This document shows, piece by piece, positions 46,302 through 58,982 of a DNA stretch of 64,000 nucleotides. Made by a program: the position numbers and the translations under genes. Each line of letters starts with the position of its first letter. Position 1 is the stretch's first letter. This DNA is from Microthyrium microscopicum (Eukaryota): assembly GCA_010405405.1 (NCBI GenBank), contig MU004240.1:1270882-1334881 (forward strand). Direction: 5' to 3'. The notes below the pieces were generated by a model. That model saw only the letters and a list, made by a program, of their open reading frames with translations. It ran no database searches and was not told the DNA's origin.

Positions 46302-48308
46302 CTACGACTGATTGCTACTGCCCTGTACATCTGGTAGCCGCACAGCGATATCGCCAGATTGTGTAATGTACCGCACCCAGGGCAGTGACGGATATTGAAG
46401 CTATGAGAATCATTGTCAGCAGAAGCTCCCAGAACCATAGAAATCACAATCCCAAGAAGAAGGACATGGGAAACGGCAAGGTTGGGCAAGTTGAGGGGGA
46501 GAGTAGCGGGCCGTCCCATTTTCTCCGGTGGTGGTGGGTGTGTCCAACGAGCGACCCAATGCTCAAGACGCGGATATCTGCGACCAATCGATGGCGCCTG
46601 CGCATCGGGAGAAATTATAGACACGGGCGTGGGAGAACTTGGCCTGTTCATGGCAAGACATGCATCAAAGCAACCACCACAGTACCTCAATTTCGGCTAG
46701 AAGCGGTATATAAATCAATGCCCGAATGCACGGATCGACAGACCAAGATCCAGCACGCCGGGTATAAGAAAAAGCAAAATAGGGTGCGAATAGAGCAAGT
46801 AAAGCCGAGCTCAGGAGGGGTTTTGGAAGTGAACATACCTTGGGTTCGATAATCTTCAAGTAGCGCACCTGGATGCCCGAGGTCGTGAAGTAAGGGATTT
46901 CAAACTTGACCTGGATTGGTCGTTTGCTCTTTCCACCGCCAACGCCGCCCATACTACCGCCAAAACCACCCATCATGCCACCGCCCTTGTCGTCGTCACC
47001 TCGTACGCTTGGCAAGCCGAGCTCAGCTCGCATCAGGAATTCCTTGAGACCGCCAAATTGCTTGATCTTCCATACAATACTCGAGTTTTCGGGCATGTAT
47101 TGAACGGTACCAATGTTAGTCCGGAAGCGAGGGCTGTCGGCATCGTCTGGCACGGGGATAATGATAGAGACGTTGTTGGCAGTTGAACGTCGTTTGAATT
47201 GAGCTCTAGCCTAGCTTGGCGTTAGTCATGATGAGGGGATGGATATGTGGGGGTTGAGCCATTGAGACATACCTTGAGCATATACTCTACACGACCTGGA
47301 TGGCTTTCGACCATGCACTCAACCCAAATGAGAGGTTTTACTTGTGTGTTTAGTCGATAGCTCATCAGCTCAAACTCGCCGTCGGGAGGGATGAAGCTGA
47401 TTGTTCGATCGTTTTCAAATCGACTTAGTCTAACGCATTGGTGGAATTTGACGTCCTCCATCTCTACGGCTTTCCCACGAGTTGCTCGACCTGTGGTTTC
47501 GAACATGACCTTGTCGTTCAGCCCCAGCCTTAGCTCCGGCATTCCAGAAAGATAACATTTCATCTTGACAGCACCTAGAATCTCGGATCTTAATACATTT
47601 CCTGTGGAGCTGACCAGCAGATTGAGCGATTCGATGACATCCAAAAACACTTCGTTCTTTCGATATCGAATGCCTTCGCTTCTCCAACTGACCGCATTTG
47701 TGACTGCGATTGGCGGTCTTGCAACCTCGAGACTATGGGACTCTTGTGTAATGTACCTGATCACCAATTAGCCAAACCCCGACCAAGTACATCACCTTGA
47801 CGCACTCTTGTAATATCTTGGATTCTGTTGTCTGAGGATATCCAAAATCCATCATCTCATCCAGCAGCTCGTATATTATGACAAAGTTATCCCGTATCGA
47901 CTCCTCTTCCAGTTGTTTGAAGTACTCGGTGAATACCTCCACAATTTTGTGAAGGAAGAGTAATATTTCGGCGGCATTGGTATTGCGTTTCGTCAGGGCG
48001 AGGACGTAGAGATTGTTGTGACGGATGTAAAGGTACTATCCAGCATACTGTTAGCACTTTCGTTCTCATACAAAAGTGACATGTCGCATACGTTGATGCC
48101 TTCGCGAGAGAAACAAGGAGGTACGGCGGAGCTTTCTTCTTCGGCTTCGCTGAGGAGGATTGGGAATTTTTCGACGGCGGACATGGGAATGTCGCCTCTG
48201 TAGTTCCGAGCCAAAAGGGTCTATTCATGGTCAATTTTTGGACATAGCGATGTCGCGTATGGTACGCACTTTGCCCTTGAGGTCGAGGAAGAAGAGCGCT
48301 GACGCCAT
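46302..48308 (-). CDS. APM1: AP-1 clathrin adaptor complex mu subunit; 6 exons
   Basis: MASALFFLDLKGK, EEESIRDNF, YRKNEVFLDV, LSGMPELRLGLND, FIPPDGEF, last exon LQYPSLPWVRYITQSGD. Confidence 0.97.
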
Positions 48309-49023
48309 GATGCGCAACGGGTTGCAGGCAGTTGAAGGGTGATGGGGTTGATTCGATCAAGTTAGATTCGTGTATTCCGCATCTCTTTTCCAGTCAAAAG
48401 GTTGTATATGGCGGGCAAGGCTGTAAATTCGACATTCAGTGAACTTCTGCTGTCAATAGGTGAAGTGAGGGATGCCAAGGCCCCGCACGTGCCAGCCACA
48501 TCTGATAGTCCTCTTCTAAAACTCAGATCTCGACTTCTCTTTCTCTTCCTTTCACATTCAACGCATCTTATAGACAGTTCAAATCAGCAGCTCCAGTCTC
48601 GTGGCGTCTCGTCACAGGCTTTGCATATTCCATTGCCGTTTTGCGATTTTCCGATGCGAAGACTAACCTAAGATTCCATAAGAGCTGCCCCCGTACTACT
48701 CAATTATTGCGGCAGCGTCAGAGGAATTGCACATCCATTTCTTACACTACAGCTATCGTTTTCCATGCGGGATAAAAATGGTCTTGTTGACATTAGATTC
48801 TGGAGCCAACATAACCGTGGAATGGACTGTTGACCTTGCGATGGCTCGTAAAGAATCTTCCATTCGGTGTGTCCTGTCAAAAACCACCGCCTAACCAAGA
48901 ATTTCTATCATTGTGGGAACATTAACATCGTCCTATGTTATTCTAATCTGAATAGTTCTAAAATCTATTGTTTATTCTCAACTGTTTCATGTTCACATTT
49001 AGTCGTGACCCGCTCAGTCAAAA

Positions 49024-50389
49024 TCAAATAACCGTCAAATCCGCGGACTCACCCCAAGCATTATAACCCACGCCTCTCAGTGTCCACTGGCCTTCTCGCG
49101 GTTGCAAGTTACCCTTGAAATCAGTTGCTCTGGAAAGCACCCTTCCTGACCCTTTGGCAACTCGAACCTTAGTCCTCCAGAGGCACCAGGCCCATCTTAC
49201 ACTCTTTCTACCATCTTCAGAGTCTAGGATTGAGCAGTCATTTCCTCCAAAGTCCAGCACTGCTTCAGTCCAAGTCCTGCCATCGTCACCACTGACTTCA
49301 ACCTTGACAACTGGTCCATCCATGCCGGCAGGAACTGCGTAACCTCGCACATCAATCATCCCGTTCTCATCTCGCCTCACTGTCGTTCCCTGTCTTGGAA
49401 TGCCAACAACACTATTTACTGGCATATCGTTCATGGGAGGCGTGCTATCCCAGAACTTCTCCGCTTCCTTTGCATCTACGGCTTCCGGAGGTAGCATTTT
49501 ATAATCTCGTTGCTGATAGAAATGCCGCGACTCGTGCATTTGTACTGTAATGCGATCCAGCCACTTGACAGACCGCGCACCTAGGACACCCGGAACAACA
49601 GCACGAACCGGCGCGCCATGCTTAATCGTTAATGGCGCTCCATTCATCTATTCCATCAGCCAGTTTGTCCCCAGGAAAAGAGAATCCAGGCCTACCTCAA
49701 GTGCCAAAATCACATCCGCATCCTCACACATCGCCCGCTCCAACGCCACACTACCACCATAGTTCGCCGCGTCCTGGCATTTCATCCCATCGCACACAAA
49801 CTCAACATGACCCACCCAGCCCTTTTCGCCGCGCACAGAGTCATCTAGTCCAGCCAGGCTTAGCACGTCGCATAGACGTGGGCCTCGCCATACGCAGTTG
49901 GCAATTGCGCCGTCAAACCAGTCGATGCCATTGACTTCCTTGATCTTAGTGCGCATCGTGTGGCGCCGGTTGCCAGCGCATTGCAAACAGCAAAGCACCG
50001 AGTGCTGTGGCAATGCGCGTAGGTCGGCGATGTGAAGGGACAGTGGCTTTTGAACTAGGCCGGTGATGGCGAAGGTGTGTGTATTTGGATCAATATGTTC
50101 GGGATACTCGCTGTGGTTGCGGTCGTAGGCTGTGGAGACAGGAGTGATGTAGCTGATAGACGTTAGTTACTATAGCAAACAGCCTCTAGATATTAATAGG
50201 CTGTTTGAGCAGTGGTAAGCGTACCTATCTAGTAACTCGGCGATATTGGGTTCTCGATTCTCTGGTTCCTCGCCAGTATACTCGTAGTCCTTGCAGATTT
50301 AGCAAATGACGTCATTTGTATACAGACTTCCCTTTCAGGCAGTCCGTATAGATACAAAAGGGGGTTTGGGTCGCACTCACTTTGGCCAT
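49024..50389 (-). CDS. Sulfite oxidase-family molybdoenzyme without heme domain; 4 exons
   Basis: MAK|DYEY..NREP, YDRNH, LQCAGNRR, HGAPVRAVVPGVLGARSVKWL, VEVSGDDG..W, WTLRGVGYN. Confidence 0.92.
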
Positions 50390-51136
50390 GGCGGCGATGG
50401 CGTGCTCAGTTGCGGGGCCCTACGATTGGCTAGATGCTTGCGTTGTTGGCTGGGGTAAATGTATGGTGTTTATATTGCCTTAGCGATACTTCTATTTACC
50501 AGGAGAATTTATATAAGGCTGTAAGATCCGTGATTGTCATCCACAGTCAATTATCGCGAGAATTGTCATTGAAGTGAAGTTGCGAACGGATCACATTTGC
50601 TTCATTTTGGCCCCTCCAGGCTCGGCTACCACCGGAACGGCGATTGCCTTCAGTCACCGCTTACGACAACTATCCCAACCAGCTCGTGATACATAATATG
50701 GAGATATCGGTGCTGATAACTCGTCGAATCTGTGACTGGCAGACCAAAACGGCAATATCATCACGGCCAGACTTTGTATCGTTCCAAAAAATACAACGGC
50801 TTGAAAGACTATTTATACCTTTTGAACCGTCTGGACAACGTAAGTTATCGGTGGCTGTAGTATCTTTGGAGTACAAAGTAGATAATCAGTAGAGTCTGCT
50901 ACTGGATCTATCTAAATTTAGGATTAGCTACTCTTGCTTATATCAATTATAACTCCTGGTCGATTCATATAGCTTCTGACGATCTGTTTGATATTCTACG
51001 CACGCGATAGATATTGAGGCGATTGGACTTGAAGAAGTTTCATGGTAGACATCAGAGTTTGTGGGAACATCACCCAGATAGGTCACTTCAAATTCACAAA
51101 ATATCTAGCCTTGCAAATCGAAAAGTGATCATAAGG

Positions 51137-52572
51137 TTACGCCTGGAGCCGATCAATATCGCAAATAGTCTCGGTCTCCGAATCCAGGCCCTTATCGACC
51201 AGAGTCTCACACATCGACTCTCCAACGATATCACGCCGCGGTTGTTCTAGTTTACTCTGCATCGGTTGAGCTTTCTTCATCAGTTGAGACAAAGAGCTGC
51301 CAGAACCTATTCTCGCCAGCCTCAGCCTCTCGTCCTTTTTCTGCTCCATCTCTCACGTCTTTTCCACCAGATCCTGCAGCGGAATCCAGTCTCGCCGAAC
51401 ACTCTCATCTCTAAAGATGGTAATGCCCAAAGAAAGCTCTGCCTCACCCTTGACAGCACCGTAATTCGCTGCTTGTTCCTTCACCGCGCCAAATCCACTG
51501 TACGCTGCATGCACATCCTCCACCACCCGCTTCTTCAAGTTCCGCCCCAGCCAAAAAGCCGCCGCAAACTCATCAGTCATCACAGCCCCACAAGCACCAA
51601 AGTCAAGCCACACCGTCGTCTGCACTCTAATCTCCTCATCCCTTTCACCAGACTGCAATTGCAGCGCCGAGGAGATACTCCAGTCTGCCGCACACCAATC
51701 GCACGAGTAACCCTTATCCAAATGAAACATCTTTGCTGACCACCCACCCACTCTATCAACAAGCCCTTGATACGCACCATGTGATGCCAAAGACAGTATC
51801 ACAACAGTATGCGCACACACGGCCAATCGAACTGGCAACTGCTCCGGTAATGACGTTGGCACCAGATCCTCCCTGCGTACTCTCAGCATCAACCGACCAT
51901 CCACGACTTTCGCGTCGAATGTCGTAGGACCTGGCGTCTGATATGTGCCCATGAACGTAGTTGATGCCAGTGGGTCACTAGCGATGATTGCAGCGTCCAG
52001 TGTTTGCGAGTTTATCCAGTCTAGGCCAATTCCACCATTACCCTCGAAGCCTTTCCAGCAGAGTCGCCGGCGGTCAGAACAGCCCGCGGAGCTGTCGAGT
52101 CCGGCGAGCGTATGAGTGCGCATGAGGAGGCGGAAGAAGTCATAGACGCGTTCACGGATGTCGTATATGTCACTGACTTGACTGGTAGCCAGTGACTTCC
52201 AGCCTTCGACGTGGTGGGTGCGTTTGATGCTGGCTGTTATGTCAAACCGGGAGAAATTGCTGGGGTTGAGAGGTGCGTTGAGACTATAAAACAGGGCGAG
52301 AAAGTCTTTGATGTAGTAGTCGTGGATGGTCAGGTGTGGATCTATTGGCGTATGAAACCAGAGGCATTGACGACAGAGGAGGGAATGGGGAAAGTGTTCG
52401 TCTATAGATTCCAGATAAGCTAGGCAATCGTTCTTGGTTTGCGTGTCCATGGAACTTCGTGTCTTGTCTATCAGGCTGAAAACTTCTGAGTTGCAGTAAT
52501 GGCCCGACATACGAGCACAGCACAATTCTCCTGTGGGAGTATTCCCACGATTGGGAAGTTCTGTTTTGCCAT
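51137..52572 (-). pseudogene. F-box-like gene, probably damaged (5' frame break, in-frame TGA at 51353-51355)
   Basis: ATG 52572 (ILPQE..CAVLVCR) is out of frame with the 390-aa ORF (CLAYLE..FPHSLLCRQCLWFH). The same frame continues 71 codons past the TGA. Confidence 0.5.
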
Positions 52573-53041
52573 GGCTGTCGTTTGTAGATAGACTATTCAG
52601 ATCGCCTTTGAGTATAGTTCTTAGATGGGTGAGTTCATCCGTAGGCTGGAGGCCTATTGCTGTAATCCGTCAGCTATTTCTTTGTACTACCTTGTATTGG
52701 CACGATGTCTCACTCGTAAGGTTTTCGCAACCACGCTTTCCAGCCATCGCTTGATGTATAACGAAATTCCAGCGCCGAACAGTATAGGTAACAGGTACTT
52801 GATAAAGTACTTGTTTGGTCGTAAGAGTAGTAGAAATGAGTTGAAGTTGGAGGTTTCAAGGTGGCTTAGACAACCCGCCCCCAAAACCAGCTCACAACCT
52901 CTCTCCTCTGTAGCCAAAGCAATCAATTCCACGATTCTGCCTCAGATAGCGCCGCAGCAGTAGGTTAGGGCGTTGAATGTTGTTGTTGTTGCCTCATTAC
53001 GATTGTATAACCATGCAATGCGAGACAGAATGTTGCTTAAA

Positions 53042-56000
53042 CTAATCCTTAGCAGCCTTATCCTTTCTCTTCCCATCCCTCGTCTTCGGGACCGCCAAAC
53101 CACCCTCCCCATTCCCACCACTATCGCTATCCTCATCCCCCTCACTAACATCATCAAAGTCCTGCGGCGCTTCTCCTTCATCGTCCGACGAATCGTCTGC
53201 ATCCACCAGCCCCGTCGCGCCCGCGTCATCTTTGCGACGCCGCTCAAAATCCTGTGCGTGCGCGCCGTGCAATATACTGCCCACACGCGACAGTCCACGC
53301 ACCAGCGGAGACTCGTCCGCACGCCGGCGGCGAAGTGATGGCGTGGTTACTGCGTGCCCGGAGCGTTGAGAACGCTCTGAACCAGTCGCTATGCGCGCCA
53401 TGTCGGCTGGTGAGCCTGTGGTCACTTGTGGTGAGACACCAGCAGGTGCGGTAGTTGGACCAAGGAAGCTAGCATCCGCAGCGCCAGCCTCCAAGGAGGA
53501 TGGAGAAGCATCGTGGAGCTCAAAGGGTAGTGGTACGTCGCGAGAAGCGCGGAAGCGGCCGACGTTGGTGCAGTGTTCGTTTTCAACTCGGAAGAGAATC
53601 CAGAGACCACGGCGGCAAACCTCAGAGAAGGAGACGAAGAAAGAGAGGACGGCAGAGTGCTGGAGTTCATTGTGGAAGATGGCGTAGAAAATCCAGTTGT
53701 GGCGGAGGATAGGATCCACGACGAGGGCGAGATAGTAGAGCCAGGTTTGCTTATAGGCGAGTGTTTTGCGGAGGAAGGGTTTCGGGGCTGTGGGGTCAAG
53801 AAGACTAAAGTCCATGACCAGGTCCCAAACGGTGCAGTAGACGCCGTTGATCGCGGCAAAAGTGATAAAGAGAGCAAGCATGTTCGATGTCTTATTAATG
53901 CGGTACATGCTCAGAGAAGTATAGAATAGGATGGTGAAGCAATACTTTCCGCAATTGACGAGATGAGGAAAGACATTGCGCGTGTCTCTGTAACGTCGGA
54001 CACATTGGATGGCGCGCCATATGCCAGGTAAGGTAGAAAAGAAGCCTAGCAATCGGGAGTTGGAAGAATTACACATGGCTTCGTTGTTCCAGTGATGCGC
54101 ATATAGACAGAAGAAAACTTCTATATTCTAGAAGGCTTTAGGACATGTATCGATATCAAGGGCTGTTGACTTACTCCCATGCTATATGTCAATGAACAGA
54201 ACATGTCACCCAAAAAGAAGTCTCGAAACTCGACAGGATACATTCCTGACCAAAACAACCGCCACTGTTTATGTTAATAAGGATATGCAATTGTAAAGTA
54301 AGACTTACGCATGCGTTCAAGAACCATGTCCTACCCTTCCAATACAGAATCGGTATAGGACAGAACAGTATCATGAAAGTAGTGAAAATGAGCATGACGG
54401 GGTAATATATAAACAGATCGTCATCCCCATAACGAGAGAAGTTGATCCAGAGGAAAAAGCCTAGCAAAGCCCAGAAGAAGCATGGCAGCTGATATCGTTA
54501 GTGAAGAACTTATGGTTCAAAAGAGCGACTTACCTCGCAGAGCTGTCTCCAGTCCAGGTAATCTCGAGCGTCAAACTCGAATATAAAGACATAATTGACC
54601 TTGGTGTTTGTCCAGAACTGACAAGCTAGACAGAAAAACAGAAACAATTGCAGCATTAAGAAATAGCCTGCATATATTTGCAGTAGATAGCTTGTCTGAG
54701 TGGCCAAAACCGAGTCCGGGCTGAACAAGAGCTGACCAGCCGCAGTGATGCCTTCAATACCAAATACTAGACCAGTTGCGATAGAAAGTCCATTCCGGAA
54801 CATGGCACCTCCATGATAAACCTTCTGCCTAGTCGCTTTCCGCAGCTTGTTAGCGGCAACTTTATGGTTGCCAGCCTCAAAGTATCTCGCATACAGATCT
54901 TCAACAGCTGTTATATGGCCGTCGAGCACATCACTTTTGGCGAAATATGCCGTGTTGACCTTCTCGTTCATATAGCGACCGGTAGGACGAGCCGTAACAG
55001 CCTTGTCGTACTTTTTGTTAATCTTCCGAAAAGCTGTTCGATTCAGCATTGTATATGACTTTAGAAGCTCCAGACTTCGATAGAACTCCTGTAGAGCAAG
55101 CTTGAGTTTCCGCTTTGCACTCCGATAGGGAATGTCAAACTCTTTAACACGTCTCTCATAATCTCGGAGGGCATCTATTGGTCTGAATGCTTCGGGAGTT
55201 CCGTGAGTCTCCATCGCCTTTGTTTTCTTCCCAATTCTTCCATTCAAGGCGGCGTCCCACGCACGGTCTGCTTTCAGAAGCCAAGCAGGTTTGTGGTTAC
55301 CGTTCTCGGGCTCGGATCCAGAGAGCGTAGCCTTAGAAGAGCCTCTTTTAGAAATCTTCGAACTAGCTCGGGCTTTGATCAAATCCTCCATTCTGCGATC
55401 CCTGAGAACATGCAATTGCTCTCGCAGTATAACTAGTCTGGAGGTCGCCTCGTCTTCTTTCTCTTTGTAAAAGTCTTCAATTTTCTCCAGTTCGCCATCC
55501 AGGAAATTGAAAAATGCTGTCTGTGCAGTTTCAAACTCCCGATATGCATCAAGTGGATAATCATTAACAGATCCAGGTGATGGTTGATAGCTAGGGCCCA
55601 TGGAGAAAAGTCGCCGCAAACGTGATGGCTCTGAAGTTGGCCCGGCAGGGCGAAACATGCTACTTCCCTTCCGCCGCGCAAGCTTATCACGCGATGGTGA
55701 GTTGGTCTTTCCCGCTTCATAAGCAGAGTCGCCATTTTCTTCCGAGTTCAAGGCGATTCTGGCCCTCTTAGGAGCCTTGCGCGCGGCCGTTGGACCTATA
55801 GCAGGATCCGGAAGTTTGAGTGATGGTGGCCCCAGTGCATTTGGAGCATTTGGAGGACTTCCAATGATACTGCCATATCTAACAGGTCCACCTGGCTTGT
55901 TATGAGGATCGTTTACAAAGAGCGGCTCTGTCTCGGGCGTGCGATGGGGGGTGGGGATTTTGCGAGGTTTCGTCTGGGTTTTGCGCGAGGAAACGCGCGA

Positions 56001-56399
56001 AAGATCTTCAGGAGGCACATTGTCATCTGAGCTGCTTTGCTCTGGTTCGGCTGTGAGCGGACCGGTAGTGAGCAGACCAGTCCCGACGGCGCCAACAGCG
56101 CGAGGAGGAGTGTTGAATATGGCACTGCGGAAGGAGGGTGCTACTGGGGTGCGGTTGATGTCTCGCAACGCGTGGTTAATGGCTTTGAGCCTCTTCTTCG
56201 CGACCTAGTGAATGGATAGATGGTTAGCGTACCAGTTTAATATGATTTAATTATCGGATGCAAGGACGTGGGGTGGATACCTTGTAGTTGAGATATTTTG
56301 CCTTCCATTCAGGAACAGCTTCGCGGTCCAACTCGCTGGAGTCTCTGATTAGCGTCGCGTCTTGGTAGCAGCAGAGGATACGTACGCGGCAAACTTCAT
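53042..56399 (-). CDS. SYG1: SPX-EXS protein Syg1/XPR1 (phosphate-exporter family)
   Basis: MKFA..VPEWKAKYLNYK, FLDGELEKIEDFY, LNRTAFRKINKKYDK, VNYVFIFEFD, VEFRDFFLGDM, FRVENEH. Confidence 0.95.
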
Positions 56400-57244
56400 G
56401 ATGAAAATGAATAGGCTCTACAAGCCGCAGCGAATGGGCAGAGCATTTATTGGATTTGAAGTGGAAGTGCCGAAGAAAAGAAGACTGGAGATGAAGAATG
56501 CACGTCCCTCGGTCCGACAAACATAAGGCTCGTTTTGAACTTTTGGTGGTGGTTTTTGAGTCGTTGACGTCTCCTGCAGATCAATCAACACTCTTCCTTA
56601 CTAGAGTATCTTAATACTAGTACTAGTACATACTCTGTACATGGGAGCCAAGCGAGCTTCATACAGTGGTAGTTACACTACTGTATCTTATCAACACTTA
56701 ATTCTCAAGAATCAAGACTTGCAAGACTCAAGAGTCATCCCACTTGGCTAATGTAGGAACCGAAATCACTGGCTTCAGTGCAATCCACAAATAAGAGGAG
56801 CTGTTCGTAGCACGTTCTCCGCCCAATTGTAAATAATCATCGAAGCTAGATGAATAACCACAGTTGCAGCATGTACATCCATCTAACCTATCAAAAAACA
56901 TACATGTTTAGAGTAGTAGCTTTTACAGCAGAGATATTGATTGAATGCAACCGGGAGGTGGTGGGGCAATGGGCTGTACGACTGACAGGGAAGTGCGGGG
57001 CGTTGCCATTAATAACATTTTTCCATCCTTTCCAGAGTTCGTTGACAAGGTTGGAGCACAACACATCTACACTCCAATCCTGCCAGTCAATTGATCTGCG
57101 AAACCATGATATTCCGTGAGACTGTTTCAAGACGCTTTTATTCCTTTTCATCTTAAGCTACTAGTATGCTTGGTAGACATATCGACTCATAGCAGCTGGA
57201 ATTCAACTTGGAGCTCTTTTGGCCCTAGCATCGTATGAAACCAT

Positions 57245-57744
57245 CTACCACCGGTTGCCGTATTGGTTCTGGAGTTCCCTTGGGGGAGGTCGGTTGTTTG
57301 GATTATAGTTATCGTCGTTTCCATAATGCTGATCATACATCTCCTCAGCACGCCTTCTTCCCTCATGTTTGGCCTTCTCAGAATCGACCCAGTCCATTCC
57401 CTTGGTCTATGTCATACAAGTGGTTAGATGACGGTAACTTGTGTCTAGTGATCTGATGGAGAACTCACCTCGACGAGCTTGTCGACTTCTCCGCCAACGA
57501 AGCCGGCTAGGAGCTCTTTGGCGAATGCATGGTTGACGACCTTGCCTATTGGAGTGCGTTAGCTTCCAGTCGTCTTGAGATATGGTATCAAATTCATCTT
57601 ACCTTCTTTGCGTTGATGATCTTCGAAAACTTTGAAGGCAGCGAAGGAGCCGGCGCCAGCGAGCACTTCATGGCCAAAGGAGCCTTCGTTGTGTTGGTCT
57701 GCGCTTTGCACGCGCTCGTAGTCTTGTTCAGATTGGCCCCACAT
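57245..57744 (-). CDS. cipC: CipC-like (DUF3759) protein; 3 exons
   Basis: HEVLAGAGSFAAFKVFEDHQRKEG, NHAFAKELLAGFVGGEVDKLVE|TKGMDW. TATATAAA upstream. Confidence 0.9.
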
Positions 57745-58982
57745 GATGAATAGCTTTGAGTGGCAGTATACCGAATAGTATAAAGTGTACAAGTAGTTGT
57801 ACGAGAGGTATGATGTGATGTGGATCCAGCAACCCCCCGAGACACTCTGCTCTTTATATACCTTTCACGAGCAGCTCTAGAATAATCCACACAAACAAGG
57901 CCATGATCGGAACCTCTCGGTACCAGAGCTCGCCCCGCCCAAAGCTTGCTGTCTACACCATTGGAGCAAACGCAATGTACGAGGCCCTCTTAGGCAACTA
58001 GATGCTTATAGCGAATATGTCACTTTGGACGAAATACACGCAAGCTTCAGCTAAACCTGGACCCTTGGAGCCAAGAACATAGAGCAGAATCAGTGGCCAA
58101 TCCAATGGCGATTCAATCATAGCTTTGCAAGCTTTGCTGCAGCGTGAGAATTCAAGCAAGCTGAGGGAGAGCTTGTTTACGCAATTGATGGGGTTGTCCT
58201 AACCAGGCTGCCAGGGTCCATGTGGAGATCTCCAGTGCGGGAGTGTCCTGCCACAACGATTGAACATTGCTAAAGGGCATATTACCTTGAATCAGATCAG
58301 AAGCTTCATTGCCCTCGCTCGTATCCCTCTTGCACGGGAGCTGTTGGGTGGCTGTGATTGCACTGCCTCGCGCCGATATGAGTATGTGTTTGGAAAGCAA
58401 TATCGGCATGAACTATGGTTGGATATATTCCTCGCCTGCAAAAGATGATCGCGGTAGGGTTGATAGCGTGGAAATATGGTGGGGCGGAGCTCGTTCCGAA
58501 AGTCATTGGCAGAAGGCAAGGTCTAAGCATTGCCAAGGGGTATGTTTACGAAAGGCTTGATTCAAAAGGGACCAAGTGCGGATGACCTCTTTGAAGTGTA
58601 AAAGAAACATAACAGCAGAAGGATGCTCCATGGTATCTAGAGGAAGGTCCATCACATCTCATAATACAAGGAGACACACAAATGGTGTTCCAGACTCCCA
58701 AGGGAACCGACTAATATGGAGGTACCAAAAGATATACTATTCAGGGGCATAGGCACCTGGCTCTTTCGTCGGAGAGAGTAGCATAAAAGATGCCTAAGAT
58801 ATGTCAATCAACACATCGATCCGCACACTGACGAGCCCTCCAACAAACAGGTGATTAAAAATTATCATTACCACTTATATCCTTCATGGAAACTGCTGAA
58901 ACCGAAAAATGCCGTTATATTCGCTTTGTTGATGATGCTACACAGTTTTATATACCTAATTAACAAACTCTCATTCACAAAT

